54,779 nt of DNA. Origin: a virus (Duplodnaviria; Caudoviricetes). Shown here piece by piece: positions 19,682 through 30,262 of this stretch. The notes below the pieces were generated by a model, which ran no database searches, had not been told where the DNA came from, and was given only the letters and a program-made list of their open reading frames with translations. A program made the translations under genes and the position numbers. Position 1 is the stretch's first letter, and every line of letters starts with the position of its first letter. The DNA lies in the IMG/VR virus record IMGVR_UViG_3300020084_000018, positions 1-54,779 of that record; one strand, written 5' to 3'.

Positions 19682-20094
19682 AGCCCAACTTTCCTTCTAG
19701 CTTCTAGTAGGTTCTTCTCTGCACTTGCCTTGGCGATTGTATAAGGCATATGTTCTAGTTCAACCTTCTCTGCATATACAGCACTGTTGCTGATAAAGTA
19801 TCTTGTTGTGTCATTAGGTAGGTTGTCAATCTGGTAGAACATACGTTCAATAGCGTTATCCGCGAATGGTTGCCAATCTTGTCCTTTAGGCTTACCATGA
19901 GAGTTGACAGGAACACCAACTTCACCAATGTTATGATGATCCATGTAAGTCCCGGTATCTACTGGCGAGTGCAATACAACCTCTGTGGCCAGTTCTTTCA
20001 TGTAGGCTTTAGGTAGCTGTTCCAGCTTTTCCTCTAGTTCCTTGATCTTCTGGAATACCTTAAACCTGTTGTCCAAGATTTTCATTTTAATCAT
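19678..20094 (-). CDS. Neck protein (HK97 gp10-like)
   Basis: SPVDTG and N...YA..VE motifs. Confidence 0.7.
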   Translation of the reverse strand: MIKMKILDNRFKVFQKIKELEEKLEQLPKAYMKELATEVVLHSPVDTGTYMDHHNIGEVGVPVNSHGKPKGQDWQPFADNAIERMFYQIDNLPNDTTRYFISNSAVYAEKVELEHMPYTIAKASAEKNLLEARRKVGL

Positions 20095-20456
20095 CTAGAC
20101 ACCCTACAAATATAAAAGAGCATCTTCTGACCGGATACAACTTCCTGGACTTCGTAGATTGATACAGGCTTATCTTGTCCTGCAATATGGTCTGAGATTG
20201 TAGGCTTCTGGTAAGGACGACCTAGAGTATCTGTAGGAGCTAGGATTAGGTGCCTGTTGCCTTCCTCGACTAGAGTTTGTTCAGCCAGACCTTTCTTGCT
20301 ATTGTAGAAATAACCTCTAACTGTAGCTGTTGCAGCAGGAGGACCATCTACAATACCAGTAAGAGGGTTATAGACACCTGAACCATTGTAGGTGATAGTA
20401 AGGTTCCTACCGTGGCGTTGAAGTAACTGTAATATACCCTTCGTTTGCATAGGCAT
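20091..20456 (-). CDS. Head closure protein
   Basis: YNPLTG motif, size and synteny. Confidence 0.6.
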   Translation of the reverse strand: MPMQTKGILQLLQRHGRNLTITYNGSGVYNPLTGIVDGPPAATATVRGYFYNSKKGLAEQTLVEEGNRHLILAPTDTLGRPYQKPTISDHIAGQDKPVSIYEVQEVVSGQKMLFYICRVSR

Positions 20457-20877
20457 TATCTGACCAATCCTCTTGACTAATTCCCGGCTTTATTCTGTTC
20501 GGATCAGATCGGGCAGCTTCAAAGTCTAGCTGTGTCATTCCTGTAGCAAAGAAGCGAATACCACCAGTGCCAAACTTAGCTTTTCGTGCAAGCTCGTTTC
20601 TAATCTCATTATAGTTTTTGATTAGGTCCGAGTAATCTTCTCGGATAGCTTCGTCTAGTTCGACATTGACAAGACGTGAATACTTGCTCAGGATAGCGTT
20701 GACAGCAAAGACACCCGCAGCGTAAACATGATCTTTATTTGAACTTAGAGCAAAGATAATTTCTTCGTCTTGCAGTTGCTGATCTGTAGTATCGGTATCA
20801 CCAATAAGAAGCCTGACAATGTTCTTACGGCCTTCTTCGGTATTCTTGTTTAGGTCACTTGCGTCATACGTCCACAT
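20407..20877 (-). CDS. Head-tail adaptor protein
   Basis: VRLLIGDTD...LQDEEI motif. Confidence 0.7.
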   Translation of the reverse strand: MWTYDASDLNKNTEEGRKNIVRLLIGDTDTTDQQLQDEEIIFALSSNKDHVYAAGVFAVNAILSKYSRLVNVELDEAIREDYSDLIKNYNEIRNELARKAKFGTGGIRFFATGMTQLDFEAARSDPNRIKPGISQEDWSDNAYANEGYITVTSTPR

Positions 20878-20889
20878 ATATTATCCCGT

Positions 20890-21288
20890 CTATTTGTTGG
20901 CTTCTGCTTTCTCTAGCCAATCTAGGTTGTTCCTGCGCCACGAACGGATAAGACCGCGCTGTTTAGTTGCAATCTTTGATGTAGGGCATTTACGACGAAT
21001 GAAAGCAGTATCGTTAGGGACAACAGCCTTAATGCGTTTGTTATAGTCGTCTACAATCTGGTGTAGTCCTTCTACGTCGATAGCCTCTAGACCATCGCCA
21101 ACCTGCATTAGTGTTTCGCTTTCTTCATCGTGAATAAGGAAACCCTGATTGAATAGGATTTGAATTGTATCTTGTGGCATATTCATTTCACGCCAAGGTA
21201 GGTGTTGACCGACAGCCCAAGTCTTGTTCCTAGCCTCGAAAGGAATACGGACAAAGATGGGACGATCTAGTTGTAGTTGAGTTCTCAT
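20890..21288 (-). CDS. Hypothetical head-module protein
   Basis: SD AGGA; lies between capsid and adaptor genes. Confidence 0.7.
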   Translation of the reverse strand: MRTQLQLDRPIFVRIPFEARNKTWAVGQHLPWREMNMPQDTIQILFNQGFLIHDEESETLMQVGDGLEAIDVEGLHQIVDDYNKRIKAVVPNDTAFIRRKCPTSKIATKQRGLIRSWRRNNLDWLEKAEANK

Positions 21289-21346
21289 TTTACTTCCTAT
21301 CGGGTTGTAGAATGGGGATACCCGTTAGGATACCCCCGATAGTAAA

Positions 21347-22357
21347 TTAGGCACCAATAACTTGATCGAATACAACGGCCATATCGGGCGATACGACTTT
21401 CATATCCCAAGAGTTGATAACTTCTAGTTTCTCAACAATGTGCTTGATGCGTAGGTGTTCACCAGTGAAGCTGTTAACAGTAATACCAAAACCAGCGTTA
21501 GCACCAGCCGACCAAGTAAAGTTGTAGCCAGCAGCAGGAGTCATGATACCGGGAGCCTTTGGACGCGAGAATAGACCAAAGCGGTTCTTAACTAGGAAGT
21601 CATGAGCATCTGGTAGACCTTCTTTACCAGTGTTACCAATGGCACGAGGAATTAGAATTTCATCAACTTCTAGTGCTGCGGCAAGACCTTGGCGAGTTAC
21701 GCGGGCAGGATTTGCAACAGTAGCGCCACCATTGATACGGCTTAGAATATCAGGATGGTTAACTAGAACGTCATAAACGTCCTGTGTCATAACAGCTACA
21801 ATATCCGAATAAGCAGCAGTGCCGCCAGAAGCTAGGAATAGTGCAGTCTTAGCACGAGTAACGTCACGGATAGGAGTTGCACTTACATAATCGCTCCAAC
21901 GAACGAATTGTGTAGCAGTTGGGGCAGAAGCAACACCAGTGTAGTTGGTGGTCCAAACACCGGGAGCAAAGTAGTTGGAAATCCAGTCTACTTCACGCTT
22001 AAGGCGCATTTGGTTAGCTAGGGCAGTTGCACCAGCAAGGCGAACGTTAAGTTGTGTATCAACGTTAGCTAGTTCCTGCTCGTTGAAATACATACCAAGA
22101 GCGTATACTTCTGCGAAGTAGTTGTCTTGGCTAACTTGTAGCGAGATTACTTCGCTTTCAACGCCGGGGGCTAGTTTCTTGACTTCCCCTAGACGGTTGA
22201 ACTGACCACGGGGCCAGACGTAGTATTTGCCCGACTGTTTATCAACAGGAACATTAGGGAAAATCTTGTCAGCAATGAAGTTTTCATCACTTTGTAGTTG
22301 GGCAACAACTAGGTTGGTAAGAACTGGATCAGTGTAGGTTTGGGTTGGATTTAGCAT
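21347..22357 (-). CDS. Major capsid protein
   Basis: DPVLTN and FIADKIFP.VPV N-terminal motifs; 336 aa; synteny. Confidence 0.88.
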   Translation of the reverse strand: MLNPTQTYTDPVLTNLVVAQLQSDENFIADKIFPNVPVDKQSGKYYVWPRGQFNRLGEVKKLAPGVESEVISLQVSQDNYFAEVYALGMYFNEQELANVDTQLNVRLAGATALANQMRLKREVDWISNYFAPGVWTTNYTGVASAPTATQFVRWSDYVSATPIRDVTRAKTALFLASGGTAAYSDIVAVMTQDVYDVLVNHPDILSRINGGATVANPARVTRQGLAAALEVDEILIPRAIGNTGKEGLPDAHDFLVKNRFGLFSRPKAPGIMTPAAGYNFTWSAGANAGFGITVNSFTGEHLRIKHIVEKLEVINSWDMKVVSPDMAVVFDQVIGA

Positions 22358-22376
22358 AATTGTTTTTCCTTAGTTA

Positions 22377-22754
22377 TTAAGCAGCGTTACCGCCAGGGTA
22401 GAAATCAATAGAAATGATTTGTCCGGTAACAGCAGCTTCTAGTGCCTTACCTACTCGAATGTTTGTGCCGGTTGCAGTAACAACACGACCTTGTGCATCT
22501 GTTTGCACTTCTGCACCAGCAGCAATTGTTCCGCCAGCGCGGACTTTAGTGCGCCCAAAAACTACGCCAGTTGCAGCAGTGTTAGCGCGTAGAACTTGGT
22601 TGATAACTACTGCATCAACTTTAGCACCAGCGGCGGGAAGAACTACACGACGATTACCGTCAGCAGTTGCACCGTTGCAAACAACGAAAGTGTATTGAGG
22701 GAGAATAGCATCAGCTACAAAAGTCTGACGAATTTGATTACCTTGGGTTGCCAT
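22377..22754 (-). CDS. Head decoration/cement protein
   Basis: G.TKV.AGG.IAAG.EV.TDA.GR...G.ALEAA pattern, directly upstream of the capsid gene. Confidence 0.75.
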   Translation of the reverse strand: MATQGNQIRQTFVADAILPQYTFVVCNGATADGNRRVVLPAAGAKVDAVVINQVLRANTAATGVVFGRTKVRAGGTIAAGAEVQTDAQGRVVTATGTNIRVGKALEAAVTGQIISIDFYPGGNAA

Positions 22755-22759
22755 TAGAA

Positions 22760-24181
22760 TTATTCCTTTTCTTCATAAATAGCTTTGATTAGCTTCTTGC
22801 CCTCGTCTGTCGCGGCAACTTTAGCATAAGCTGTAACATAGTTGGTGCCAGTAGCTTCCATTTCAGCTTTAACGGCAGAGTCATATTTTTCCTGTGCTGA
22901 CATAGTTTCAACGGCAGGATCGGTATTCCCGGTTTCCTCTAGGAAAGTGCCCATCTTGGTATTAAAGGCTGAGATAGCAGCTTCCATTTCTGCATCACCA
23001 TCAAAAGCTACAAAGAGTTTCTTGGCGACTTCTGCACGGAGATTAGGATAAGCGGCAGTTGCTTTAGCGGTCAGATCAGCGTCGGCCTTCTCTTTAAGTG
23101 CCTTGACAACTGATTCAGGTAGACCAGCAAGTTCTACGACTTCACCATCAATTTCCATTGTCTCTTTAGCTTCGGGCTTTACTAGACCCTCGGCGGTAAT
23201 TTTGAAACCTGCATCCAGAATTTGTTTACGGAGGGCTTCGTTATCAGCTTGTAGTTTAGTTACGTTAGCTTGCACAGCGGCAAGTTCAGCAACGTCAACT
23301 TTACCATCTTCGATTAGAGTTTCATCAGACATTTTAATTCCTGTTTTGGTTGTAAAATTAGGGGCAGACATTTCCTTCAATACACTTTCGTAGGTTCGGA
23401 TACCGTCAGCCAAACCAATTTCAACAGCTTTTTTACCCCCGTAAACTCGTGCCTCAGTTGCACGAATAGCTTTCTTGTCCATACCTCTAGCTTCTGCTAC
23501 AGCGTCAATGAACATTTCGTAGGATTGATTAACACTTTCTTGTAGGTATTCAAGATGCTCACCCTCTAGTTTCTCATAAGGGTTGCCAGCAGTCTTGTAT
23601 TTACCAGCTTGGATAAATGTAGGCTTGATACCGTCTTTCTTAACTTTCTCAGAGGCATCTGTGTGCATTGCTACAACACCGATAGAACCTACACGACCAG
23701 TTTGAGTAGTATAAAGCTTATCAGCAGTAGAGCCGATCAGATAAGCTGCACTACACATATTGTCACGCGCTAGAGCGTAAACAGGCTTTCGACCTTTGTT
23801 GTCCATAAGGTAATCACGGAAATCGAAAGCACCAGCAACAGAACCACCGGGACTATCAATATCCATAAGGATACTGGCAACATTAGGATCATTAAATGCT
23901 TCCTCGAATTGCTTTTGTAGGGAAGCATAAGAAGTCATTCCCGACATTGCTTCAATGCCTGTGGCCCTATGTGACATAGAACCGATAATAGGAATAACCT
24001 TAATTCCACCTCGGACAGTTGTAGAGGGTCGCTGATCTTTAGCGTCAGATTTAATCTGTAGTCCCTCTACATCAAGCCCTAGTCGGTCTGAAAGGACCAC
24101 CGCAACAGTTTCTGCATAATCTTGAGTAATAAGTAGCGGTTGATTAAACACTAGCGAAGCTAGATGCGAAAACTTACTCAT
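22760..24181 (-). CDS. S49 prohead protease fused to a scaffold domain
   Basis: DIDSPGG, CSAAY, GSIGV and AGKYK motifs; acidic coiled-coil C-terminal half. Confidence 0.9.
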   Translation of the reverse strand: MSKFSHLASLVFNQPLLITQDYAETVAVVLSDRLGLDVEGLQIKSDAKDQRPSTTVRGGIKVIPIIGSMSHRATGIEAMSGMTSYASLQKQFEEAFNDPNVASILMDIDSPGGSVAGAFDFRDYLMDNKGRKPVYALARDNMCSAAYLIGSTADKLYTTQTGRVGSIGVVAMHTDASEKVKKDGIKPTFIQAGKYKTAGNPYEKLEGEHLEYLQESVNQSYEMFIDAVAEARGMDKKAIRATEARVYGGKKAVEIGLADGIRTYESVLKEMSAPNFTTKTGIKMSDETLIEDGKVDVAELAAVQANVTKLQADNEALRKQILDAGFKITAEGLVKPEAKETMEIDGEVVELAGLPESVVKALKEKADADLTAKATAAYPNLRAEVAKKLFVAFDGDAEMEAAISAFNTKMGTFLEETGNTDPAVETMSAQEKYDSAVKAEMEATGTNYVTAYAKVAATDEGKKLIKAIYEEKE

Positions 24182-25565
24182 TCTTTTGTGGCCTTTCTTG
24201 CATTTGTTTTAGTTTAGCCTGTTCTTCTTGCCTCTTTTCCTGTAGTCCTTGCTCGTAAAGGTTACGATCTAGTTTAGGAAGTTCAGCGTTTGCTAGTAGT
24301 GCATCAATAATATCAACCTGATTGGTTAGGTTAATGTCAGCACCATTAAGGTTACGTAGATAGGAACCTAGTGCATCTAGATCGTGTGGCGCAACATCAC
24401 CAGCAACGAGAGTAGGCATTAGTTCAATATCAAAACCATTCATTTCCCATAGTGGTCTAACGACCTGCTCATTAAGAATGTCGTAGATTGTGTTGATGTA
24501 GCTTTCTACGGAGCGTAGGAAAATGTCAGTCTTAGTCTTACTTAGAGCATAGGAACCAGTAGTGCTAGAACCCAACATAAGGAACTCAGCCATTACCGAT
24601 CTAGCAATGTCATGTTGATACCTACGAATGATAGGATCAATCTGAATGTTCCTTGTTCCCTTGGAAGCAATTAGTTCTACGTCTACAAGTCTATGAGCAG
24701 TTGGCTTGTCCTCTACAACCCATACATCAGAAGGAAGAACAATAGAACCTTGCTCATTAAACTTTAGGTCGCGTCCAATCCGTTCAGCCATTTGACGAAT
24801 AGAAACCTGTTCATCAGTGGCGTCCTCCGCGAGATAATCAGAAGGAATACGGATAATTGGAATACCGTTCAGTTCTCGTTCTACTGCGATACCTTCTGTA
24901 GTCTGCATTGTGTTAAGGAACACATAAGACTTGTAAGCATTGCGTAGGATAGAACGACCGGAAGGATCATTGTTTACTGTTGTAGTCCGATAGTGAACCA
25001 GCTTCTCTTTAGGAATAAAGTTAGTTCCGTTAACAGCTTGTTCCTGGAATACGCCTAGAATGTCTCCTGTCTTTTGGTCGATCTTGAACTGGTCTATAGT
25101 CCATTGAGCGCGGGAAGCGAGTTTACGGATACCGTAGTAACCATCAGTGAATTTACTTTTACGCTTTGGGTCAACGAACTTTGGACCACCTCGGATTTTA
25201 TATACGGGCTCAAATACTGCGAAACCATATGTAAGCGAGGACAGGGCTTCTGAAATATGATCGTCAAGCGTATGCTCCATATCATCAAAGACTGTTTCTA
25301 GCCATTCTGCGGCTTCAACTGCCTTAGCATTTTCCTTGTCAGCAGGCTCAACAATATGAGGAACATCACGAAGGATTTGTTCAGTGGCATACATAACAGC
25401 ACCGATAGTGGCATCGTTATCACGCATTTCTCTGTATTTCTTGATACCCCTTTTACCTTTTAGGTCATTGATAAGTTCATCAGCGCGGATTTGTCCAAAT
25501 CGAGTGTTTGAACCTGAATAACCAATATGGGTTTTAGCTTTAGTCTTGCTTGGGGTATCCATCAT
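24174..25565 (-). CDS. Portal protein
   Basis: YGFAVFE, P.GRSILR.AY and GSYALS motifs; follows TerL. Confidence 0.88.
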   Translation of the reverse strand: MMDTPSKTKAKTHIGYSGSNTRFGQIRADELINDLKGKRGIKKYREMRDNDATIGAVMYATEQILRDVPHIVEPADKENAKAVEAAEWLETVFDDMEHTLDDHISEALSSLTYGFAVFEPVYKIRGGPKFVDPKRKSKFTDGYYGIRKLASRAQWTIDQFKIDQKTGDILGVFQEQAVNGTNFIPKEKLVHYRTTTVNNDPSGRSILRNAYKSYVFLNTMQTTEGIAVERELNGIPIIRIPSDYLAEDATDEQVSIRQMAERIGRDLKFNEQGSIVLPSDVWVVEDKPTAHRLVDVELIASKGTRNIQIDPIIRRYQHDIARSVMAEFLMLGSSTTGSYALSKTKTDIFLRSVESYINTIYDILNEQVVRPLWEMNGFDIELMPTLVAGDVAPHDLDALGSYLRNLNGADINLTNQVDIIDALLANAELPKLDRNLYEQGLQEKRQEEQAKLKQMQERPQKNE

Positions 25566-25574
25566 TATTCCTTA

Positions 25575-26984
25575 TTAAAAATTGATAGTTTTGTAGGATA
25601 GCTTGACAGGAGCCTGAGCATAGCCTTTTAGCAGTAGGTTCGTAACAGCCCATACCATCGCATCTAGTCTATCAGGAGAGCCGATAGAGCCTAATGGCTC
25701 CCAAGTTACCATCTGTTCCTCAAGGGCCTCTAGATACTTAAGATGTTTGACCTTACCACGTTCGTATAGGGACGATACAGGTTCAGCCCTAGCAAACTTA
25801 CCGCGAGAGGCATGAACTAATTTAATGGGAACACTATCATCTACAGTGCGTAGAGTAGAGCGAACCATTTCACCACCTTGGTTTCTTTCAGCTACAATCA
25901 TATCTGCTTCATACTCGTTGTAGAGATTGATAGCACGTCTAGCCCATTGCTCAGGCATATAACGATCAGTAGCATCCTCAAGAATATAACCAGTGCCGTT
26001 TACGTCAATGCCAGCTACAATGATACCAGTCAAGTCAGATTCTTCGTTAGCAGTAACCGCAGGGTCAACTGAAACTACAACTTTGACTAGGTTCTTAGCG
26101 AACTGTTTACGAGAAGCATCAAAGTCAACAGATACTCCATCCTCGCTTAAGACAATGCAATCCTCTGGTAGATTGAACTGAGCCTCGTCAATCATCTTAC
26201 GGTTCCATAGAGCGCCAGCAGCTTCATCTAGGATTTCTGCATAAAGTTCTTGACGACCTAGCCTAGTTCCTTCATACTGTGATAGAGCCTCTAGATCAAT
26301 GTTATCTGCATTCTCATAGGAAGAACCAGAAGTCTTGTATACTCGACCAGAAGCAATATTCTCTGGCTTTAGGATTTCTCGTAGTAGCTTAACTGGCTTG
26401 GGTGTAGTGGTAACAAGAATACGAGGGTTTTTACCTAGTCGCAGAGTAAACTGCAACATATCCCAAGTTTCTTGCATCCTAGTCCAAGCACAAATCTCGT
26501 CACACCAAGAACTGTGAAACTGTGGTCCACGAAGTCGTTCAGGGTCCTCCGCACTAAAGAACTCTGCTCTAGCACCATTTTCCCATGTGATTGTGTTATT
26601 GGTTGGCGACCATACAGGGAAACCCATATTTCTACCAGAATAAGTCTTGTCACCCTTCCAGCAGATATTTAGGAGCCCTGATTCACCCTCTACCATAACT
26701 CGTCTAACGTCACCTTTAGTTGGGGCAACGCAAGCAATACGACCATCACCAGACTTAATTCTATGTCTAACCCATTCAGCACCGCAACGAGTTTTACCCC
26801 AACCACGACCAGCTAGAGGAAGCCAAATCTTCCAATCGCCTTTAGGTTCGTGTTGTTCGGGACGACCCCAAAAGCGCCAGTCATATCGAAGTTCTTCCAA
26901 TTGAGTTGGAGTAAGTTCTGATAATACTTTTCTGACAACCTTTGGGTCTAGTTTGCGTAAGTCCTGAATGGTAAAGTTAGCCAT
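25575..26984 (-). CDS. terL: Terminase large subunit (GTA-like family)
   Basis: AGRGWGKT Walker A, LRGPQF..WCDE Walker B, VDPA and SPDRLDA nuclease motifs. Confidence 0.95.
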   Translation of the reverse strand: MANFTIQDLRKLDPKVVRKVLSELTPTQLEELRYDWRFWGRPEQHEPKGDWKIWLPLAGRGWGKTRCGAEWVRHRIKSGDGRIACVAPTKGDVRRVMVEGESGLLNICWKGDKTYSGRNMGFPVWSPTNNTITWENGARAEFFSAEDPERLRGPQFHSSWCDEICAWTRMQETWDMLQFTLRLGKNPRILVTTTPKPVKLLREILKPENIASGRVYKTSGSSYENADNIDLEALSQYEGTRLGRQELYAEILDEAAGALWNRKMIDEAQFNLPEDCIVLSEDGVSVDFDASRKQFAKNLVKVVVSVDPAVTANEESDLTGIIVAGIDVNGTGYILEDATDRYMPEQWARRAINLYNEYEADMIVAERNQGGEMVRSTLRTVDDSVPIKLVHASRGKFARAEPVSSLYERGKVKHLKYLEALEEQMVTWEPLGSIGSPDRLDAMVWAVTNLLLKGYAQAPVKLSYKTINF

Positions 26985-26985
26985 A

Positions 26986-27372
26986 TTATTCTTCTTCTTT
27001 GTTGATCCCTAGTTTACTTAGTAGGGTTTCAAGAGCGCCAGATTGTTCTTCCTCACCGGCAGGAACCTCAACATTAGTGTTGGTGTTCTGTTTGCTCCAA
27101 CCACCTTTAGTGGTAAGCCAGAGTTCTTGTGATTTATAATCGCCTTGTCTGGCCTGTTGAATAATCTTAGACCCTAGTTCCTCTGTCACTTCACCCCGAG
27201 CAGCTTCAATGTCTGTGCGGTAATATTTATAGAAAGTGGTGAGTGAACCAGGAGCCTTTTGATGATTTTGGATAGATGCAAAGATTTCCGAGACAGGAAC
27301 ACCAGCAGCCGCCTTCTTACGAACTACAGCAGCGATCTTACCGCATCGTGATTTAGGTTGGTTACTTGGCAT
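26986..27372 (-). CDS. terS: Terminase small subunit
   Basis: Abuts terL; HTH-like N-terminus and helical core. Confidence 0.6.
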   Translation of the reverse strand: MPSNQPKSRCGKIAAVVRKKAAAGVPVSEIFASIQNHQKAPGSLTTFYKYYRTDIEAARGEVTEELGSKIIQQARQGDYKSQELWLTTKGGWSKQNTNTNVEVPAGEEEQSGALETLLSKLGINKEEE

Positions 27373-27387
27373 TATAGTCCTTTCTTA

Positions 27388-29460
27388 TTACGGAATAGTA
27401 ATTCCTTTAGCAGTAGCGATAGCACGTAGTTCAGCTTCAAACGCTTCAATACCAGCATTTCTGGCACCAGTGTAAAGAATGCTAGCAGCAGCAATATCCC
27501 CTGCAAAAGCATCACCACCACCAAAACGAGTTCCAAAGTGTAGAGGAGCCGCAAAGGTTGGGATTTTCTGGTTTGGTACTGTGCCAGAGATAATTTGAGA
27601 ACCGTTCTTACGAGCAATAGCTTGAGTGTTAGTTGCTCCACGATTAAATAGAGCAGTATACATAGCCCATTCGTTAGTAAGTGCGATACCAGCAGCAGAA
27701 GTAAGAATAGTTGCTTCTGTGTTAGGTGAAGCACTAAACGAGATCAGTTCGATAATTCCAGCATTAATTCTATACTGGAAATAGCGATCATCGGTTGTAG
27801 CACCAGTCCTGGATACTAGTTGTCTTAGACCGCTAGTAGAACTCATCCTACAAATAACACCCATCATATAGAAGTCAGATTCCTCAGTAGAGGGAATTTG
27901 AAGTTCAATGCGGTTGTTCATTGCTCCGGTAAATGTTAGTCGTCTTGGTGTGTTGTTCCAAGTCCCACCACCTACGGTAGCACTACGAAGATCGTTAGAC
28001 TGAACTGTTGTGCCTGTTCCCTCTTGTAGAGCAAATGCTACGTTAGTTGGAGTAGGACCCTCGACAGGAGCAGTTACAGTAAACTCGACAGGGTTAGATT
28101 GTGGTCCTGCACCCCTCTTGTTAACTGCCTGAACAGTTACTGACTTAGTTCCTTCACTTAGATCAGCTTGAGTATAAGAAAACTGATTTCCTGGGACAGT
28201 AGCAATTACCTGACCATCCATCCTAACTACATACTGTGTAATAGGGGAACCACCAGAAGCAGGGCGAACCCAACTGACAAGTCTGCTAGTTCCTACACCA
28301 GAAACAGTTACGGTAGTAACTTGAGCAGGAGCAACAGCGTCATTGTTTTCCATTACTATAGTATTATCAATACGAGCTTGAACCGCAGCAGCAACGTTAG
28401 CATTAGTTGTGGCTTTACCTACATATGATCTATTTCCTGCTGGTGTGGCTGACCAAGTAGTAACGCCAAGGTTATCTACTGTGATTGTTCCATTAGCACC
28501 AGCTAGGTTATAAATCCCTCTGTCGCCATAAATCGCATGATCTACACAACATGGGTCCCAAGAATGCCTTCCCATACGACCGAGATAACTTGTAAGTCCT
28601 CCGGGAGTAGCAGCAAGAAATTCGTCAAAGGCAACTTTAACTGGATCAATTACAGGATCGGCATTTAGCATAGGAGCAGTAAAGACGTTAGCCCCAACTT
28701 CTGCCCCATGAGCGTAAATTGGTGTAGGCCAAGTCTCGTAAACGTTTTTAGTAGATGCGGGGTGACGATCTGCGTTATACTCATTACGAGTAGAAGTAAA
28801 TTCACCTGCCATCATCCATAGACCAATTACCTTGGCAGCTATTAGTTCTCTACCAGTCATAGGAGAAATAGCATCAGCAGGACTATCTAGAAGTCTAGAA
28901 GTAGAAACAGGAGCGCCTACATCAATCATCTTTACAGAGGCGTCAGGAGCCGCTGCAAGCATTGTGCGTAGTCCAACTACATCATCCTGATAAGCAGTTC
29001 TGGTTTGGCTAGGAATACCAAATAGATTTCTTAGTGGCGCACTAATGCGGTTGTTGTATGTTCCAATAGAACCTTGATAGGCGTAAATTGGAATATATGT
29101 CATGTTGTAAGCAGCTAGTTGACCATAAACTCCGGGTGCAGAAGTCGCAATACTCGAAGATACTACAATTCCAAGTAGGTTAGCATCACCTCTTGCATGA
29201 GCATCACATGCAATAAGAACCGCAGGAGTATCATCACAGTCACCAGCAAAATCTGTCACCAGAATAATTCTTTGCGGGCCAGAAGGTTGAGAAGGATCAG
29301 CAACAGCGCCAAACTTTGCGACATACTGCTGACGCCAATTAGCTTTCTTGAACGATGGGAATTTCCTACCGTTGATGATAAAGAAACCGTTAGAAGCTGT
29401 AATTCCCGCAGGAAGGTTTGCTAGAATAGTGTCCTTATACAAGCGAGAAAAGTTAGTCAT
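27388..29460 (-). CDS. Late protein: nucleoside-hydrolase-like domain + FN3 + LamG-like domain
   Basis: TDFAGDCDD, EYN and SWDP motifs; W..P..GGSPITQY...AVN..G.G (FN3); beta-rich C-terminus. Confidence 0.65.
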   Translation of the reverse strand: MTNFSRLYKDTILANLPAGITASNGFFIINGRKFPSFKKANWRQQYVAKFGAVADPSQPSGPQRIILVTDFAGDCDDTPAVLIACDAHARGDANLLGIVVSSSIATSAPGVYGQLAAYNMTYIPIYAYQGSIGTYNNRISAPLRNLFGIPSQTRTAYQDDVVGLRTMLAAAPDASVKMIDVGAPVSTSRLLDSPADAISPMTGRELIAAKVIGLWMMAGEFTSTRNEYNADRHPASTKNVYETWPTPIYAHGAEVGANVFTAPMLNADPVIDPVKVAFDEFLAATPGGLTSYLGRMGRHSWDPCCVDHAIYGDRGIYNLAGANGTITVDNLGVTTWSATPAGNRSYVGKATTNANVAAAVQARIDNTIVMENNDAVAPAQVTTVTVSGVGTSRLVSWVRPASGGSPITQYVVRMDGQVIATVPGNQFSYTQADLSEGTKSVTVQAVNKRGAGPQSNPVEFTVTAPVEGPTPTNVAFALQEGTGTTVQSNDLRSATVGGGTWNNTPRRLTFTGAMNNRIELQIPSTEESDFYMMGVICRMSSTSGLRQLVSRTGATTDDRYFQYRINAGIIELISFSASPNTEATILTSAAGIALTNEWAMYTALFNRGATNTQAIARKNGSQIISGTVPNQKIPTFAAPLHFGTRFGGGDAFAGDIAAASILYTGARNAGIEAFEAELRAIATAKGITIP

Positions 29461-29470
29461 TATTTATCCT

Positions 29471-30259
29471 TTAATGATCGTCTAGCCACAATTTAAGTAG
29501 AACAGGGTCCAGAGCAGTAACAGCGATATTTGGCTTAAAAGCAAATCTGTAAAGACGGAATGTGGCACAGTTACGAATACCTTGACCGAGATCGAAGTTA
29601 AAGGTTCCAACGTTACCACCTCGGTTAACCTGAAAATCAAATCTTGTTCCGTCTACTTCACTGAAAGCGTCAACGGTAGAGTCAGTGCTACCTGCTGGAA
29701 CGTTAACAACAAGAGATTTAACTGAACCATCTACAATTGGGCCTGATGCAGTTCGCTCTTGTCCGGTAGCTTGTTGTGTTTCCCAACTTAAGAGTGTTCC
29801 ACCAGTAAATAGACCAAATCGACGGTTGTTACTAGGAGAGTTGTTCCTACCCCATATCTGACCGGCAGCCCCTTGCTCAAGGTAAATTCTCATAGCTTTG
29901 GTTGTATGCTGCAAAGCAGAGAAGTTGTTGGTGCATCTTAGATTATGTTGGTTCTGACTAAAATGAACATAGGCTTTACCTTGTTCGTCCACTTTTAGTG
30001 TTGGCGCTCTTGTTACGTCAGTTTGGACATAATCCCAACCAGCAATACCTTGGCTATTCCAGCGCATAACCGGACCATCAATTACAGCAGGAATTGTTCC
30101 TTCTGCGTTTGCAAATACCCCAATGTTGGCGGAGTAGAAAATATAATCGGCAGGAGGCTGAACAGCAGGTTTCCAAGACCAACCAACACCTTTAGCTTGG
30201 AGCCATGTTCCGTGGGAGGACTTAACTCCTTTACTATGTCGAAGGTCTAATTTTGGCAT
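29471..30259 (-). CDS. Putative fibre/receptor-binding lectin-like protein
   Basis: DGPV.RW...Q....RAPTL motif typical of phage LamG-like fibre tips. Confidence 0.5.
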   Translation of the reverse strand: MPKLDLRHSKGVKSSHGTWLQAKGVGWSWKPAVQPPADYIFYSANIGVFANAEGTIPAVIDGPVMRWNSQGIAGWDYVQTDVTRAPTLKVDEQGKAYVHFSQNQHNLRCTNNFSALQHTTKAMRIYLEQGAAGQIWGRNNSPSNNRRFGLFTGGTLLSWETQQATGQERTASGPIVDGSVKSLVVNVPAGSTDSTVDAFSEVDGTRFDFQVNRGGNVGTFNFDLGQGIRNCATFRLYRFAFKPNIAVTALDPVLLKLWLDDH

Positions 30260-30262
30260 TGT

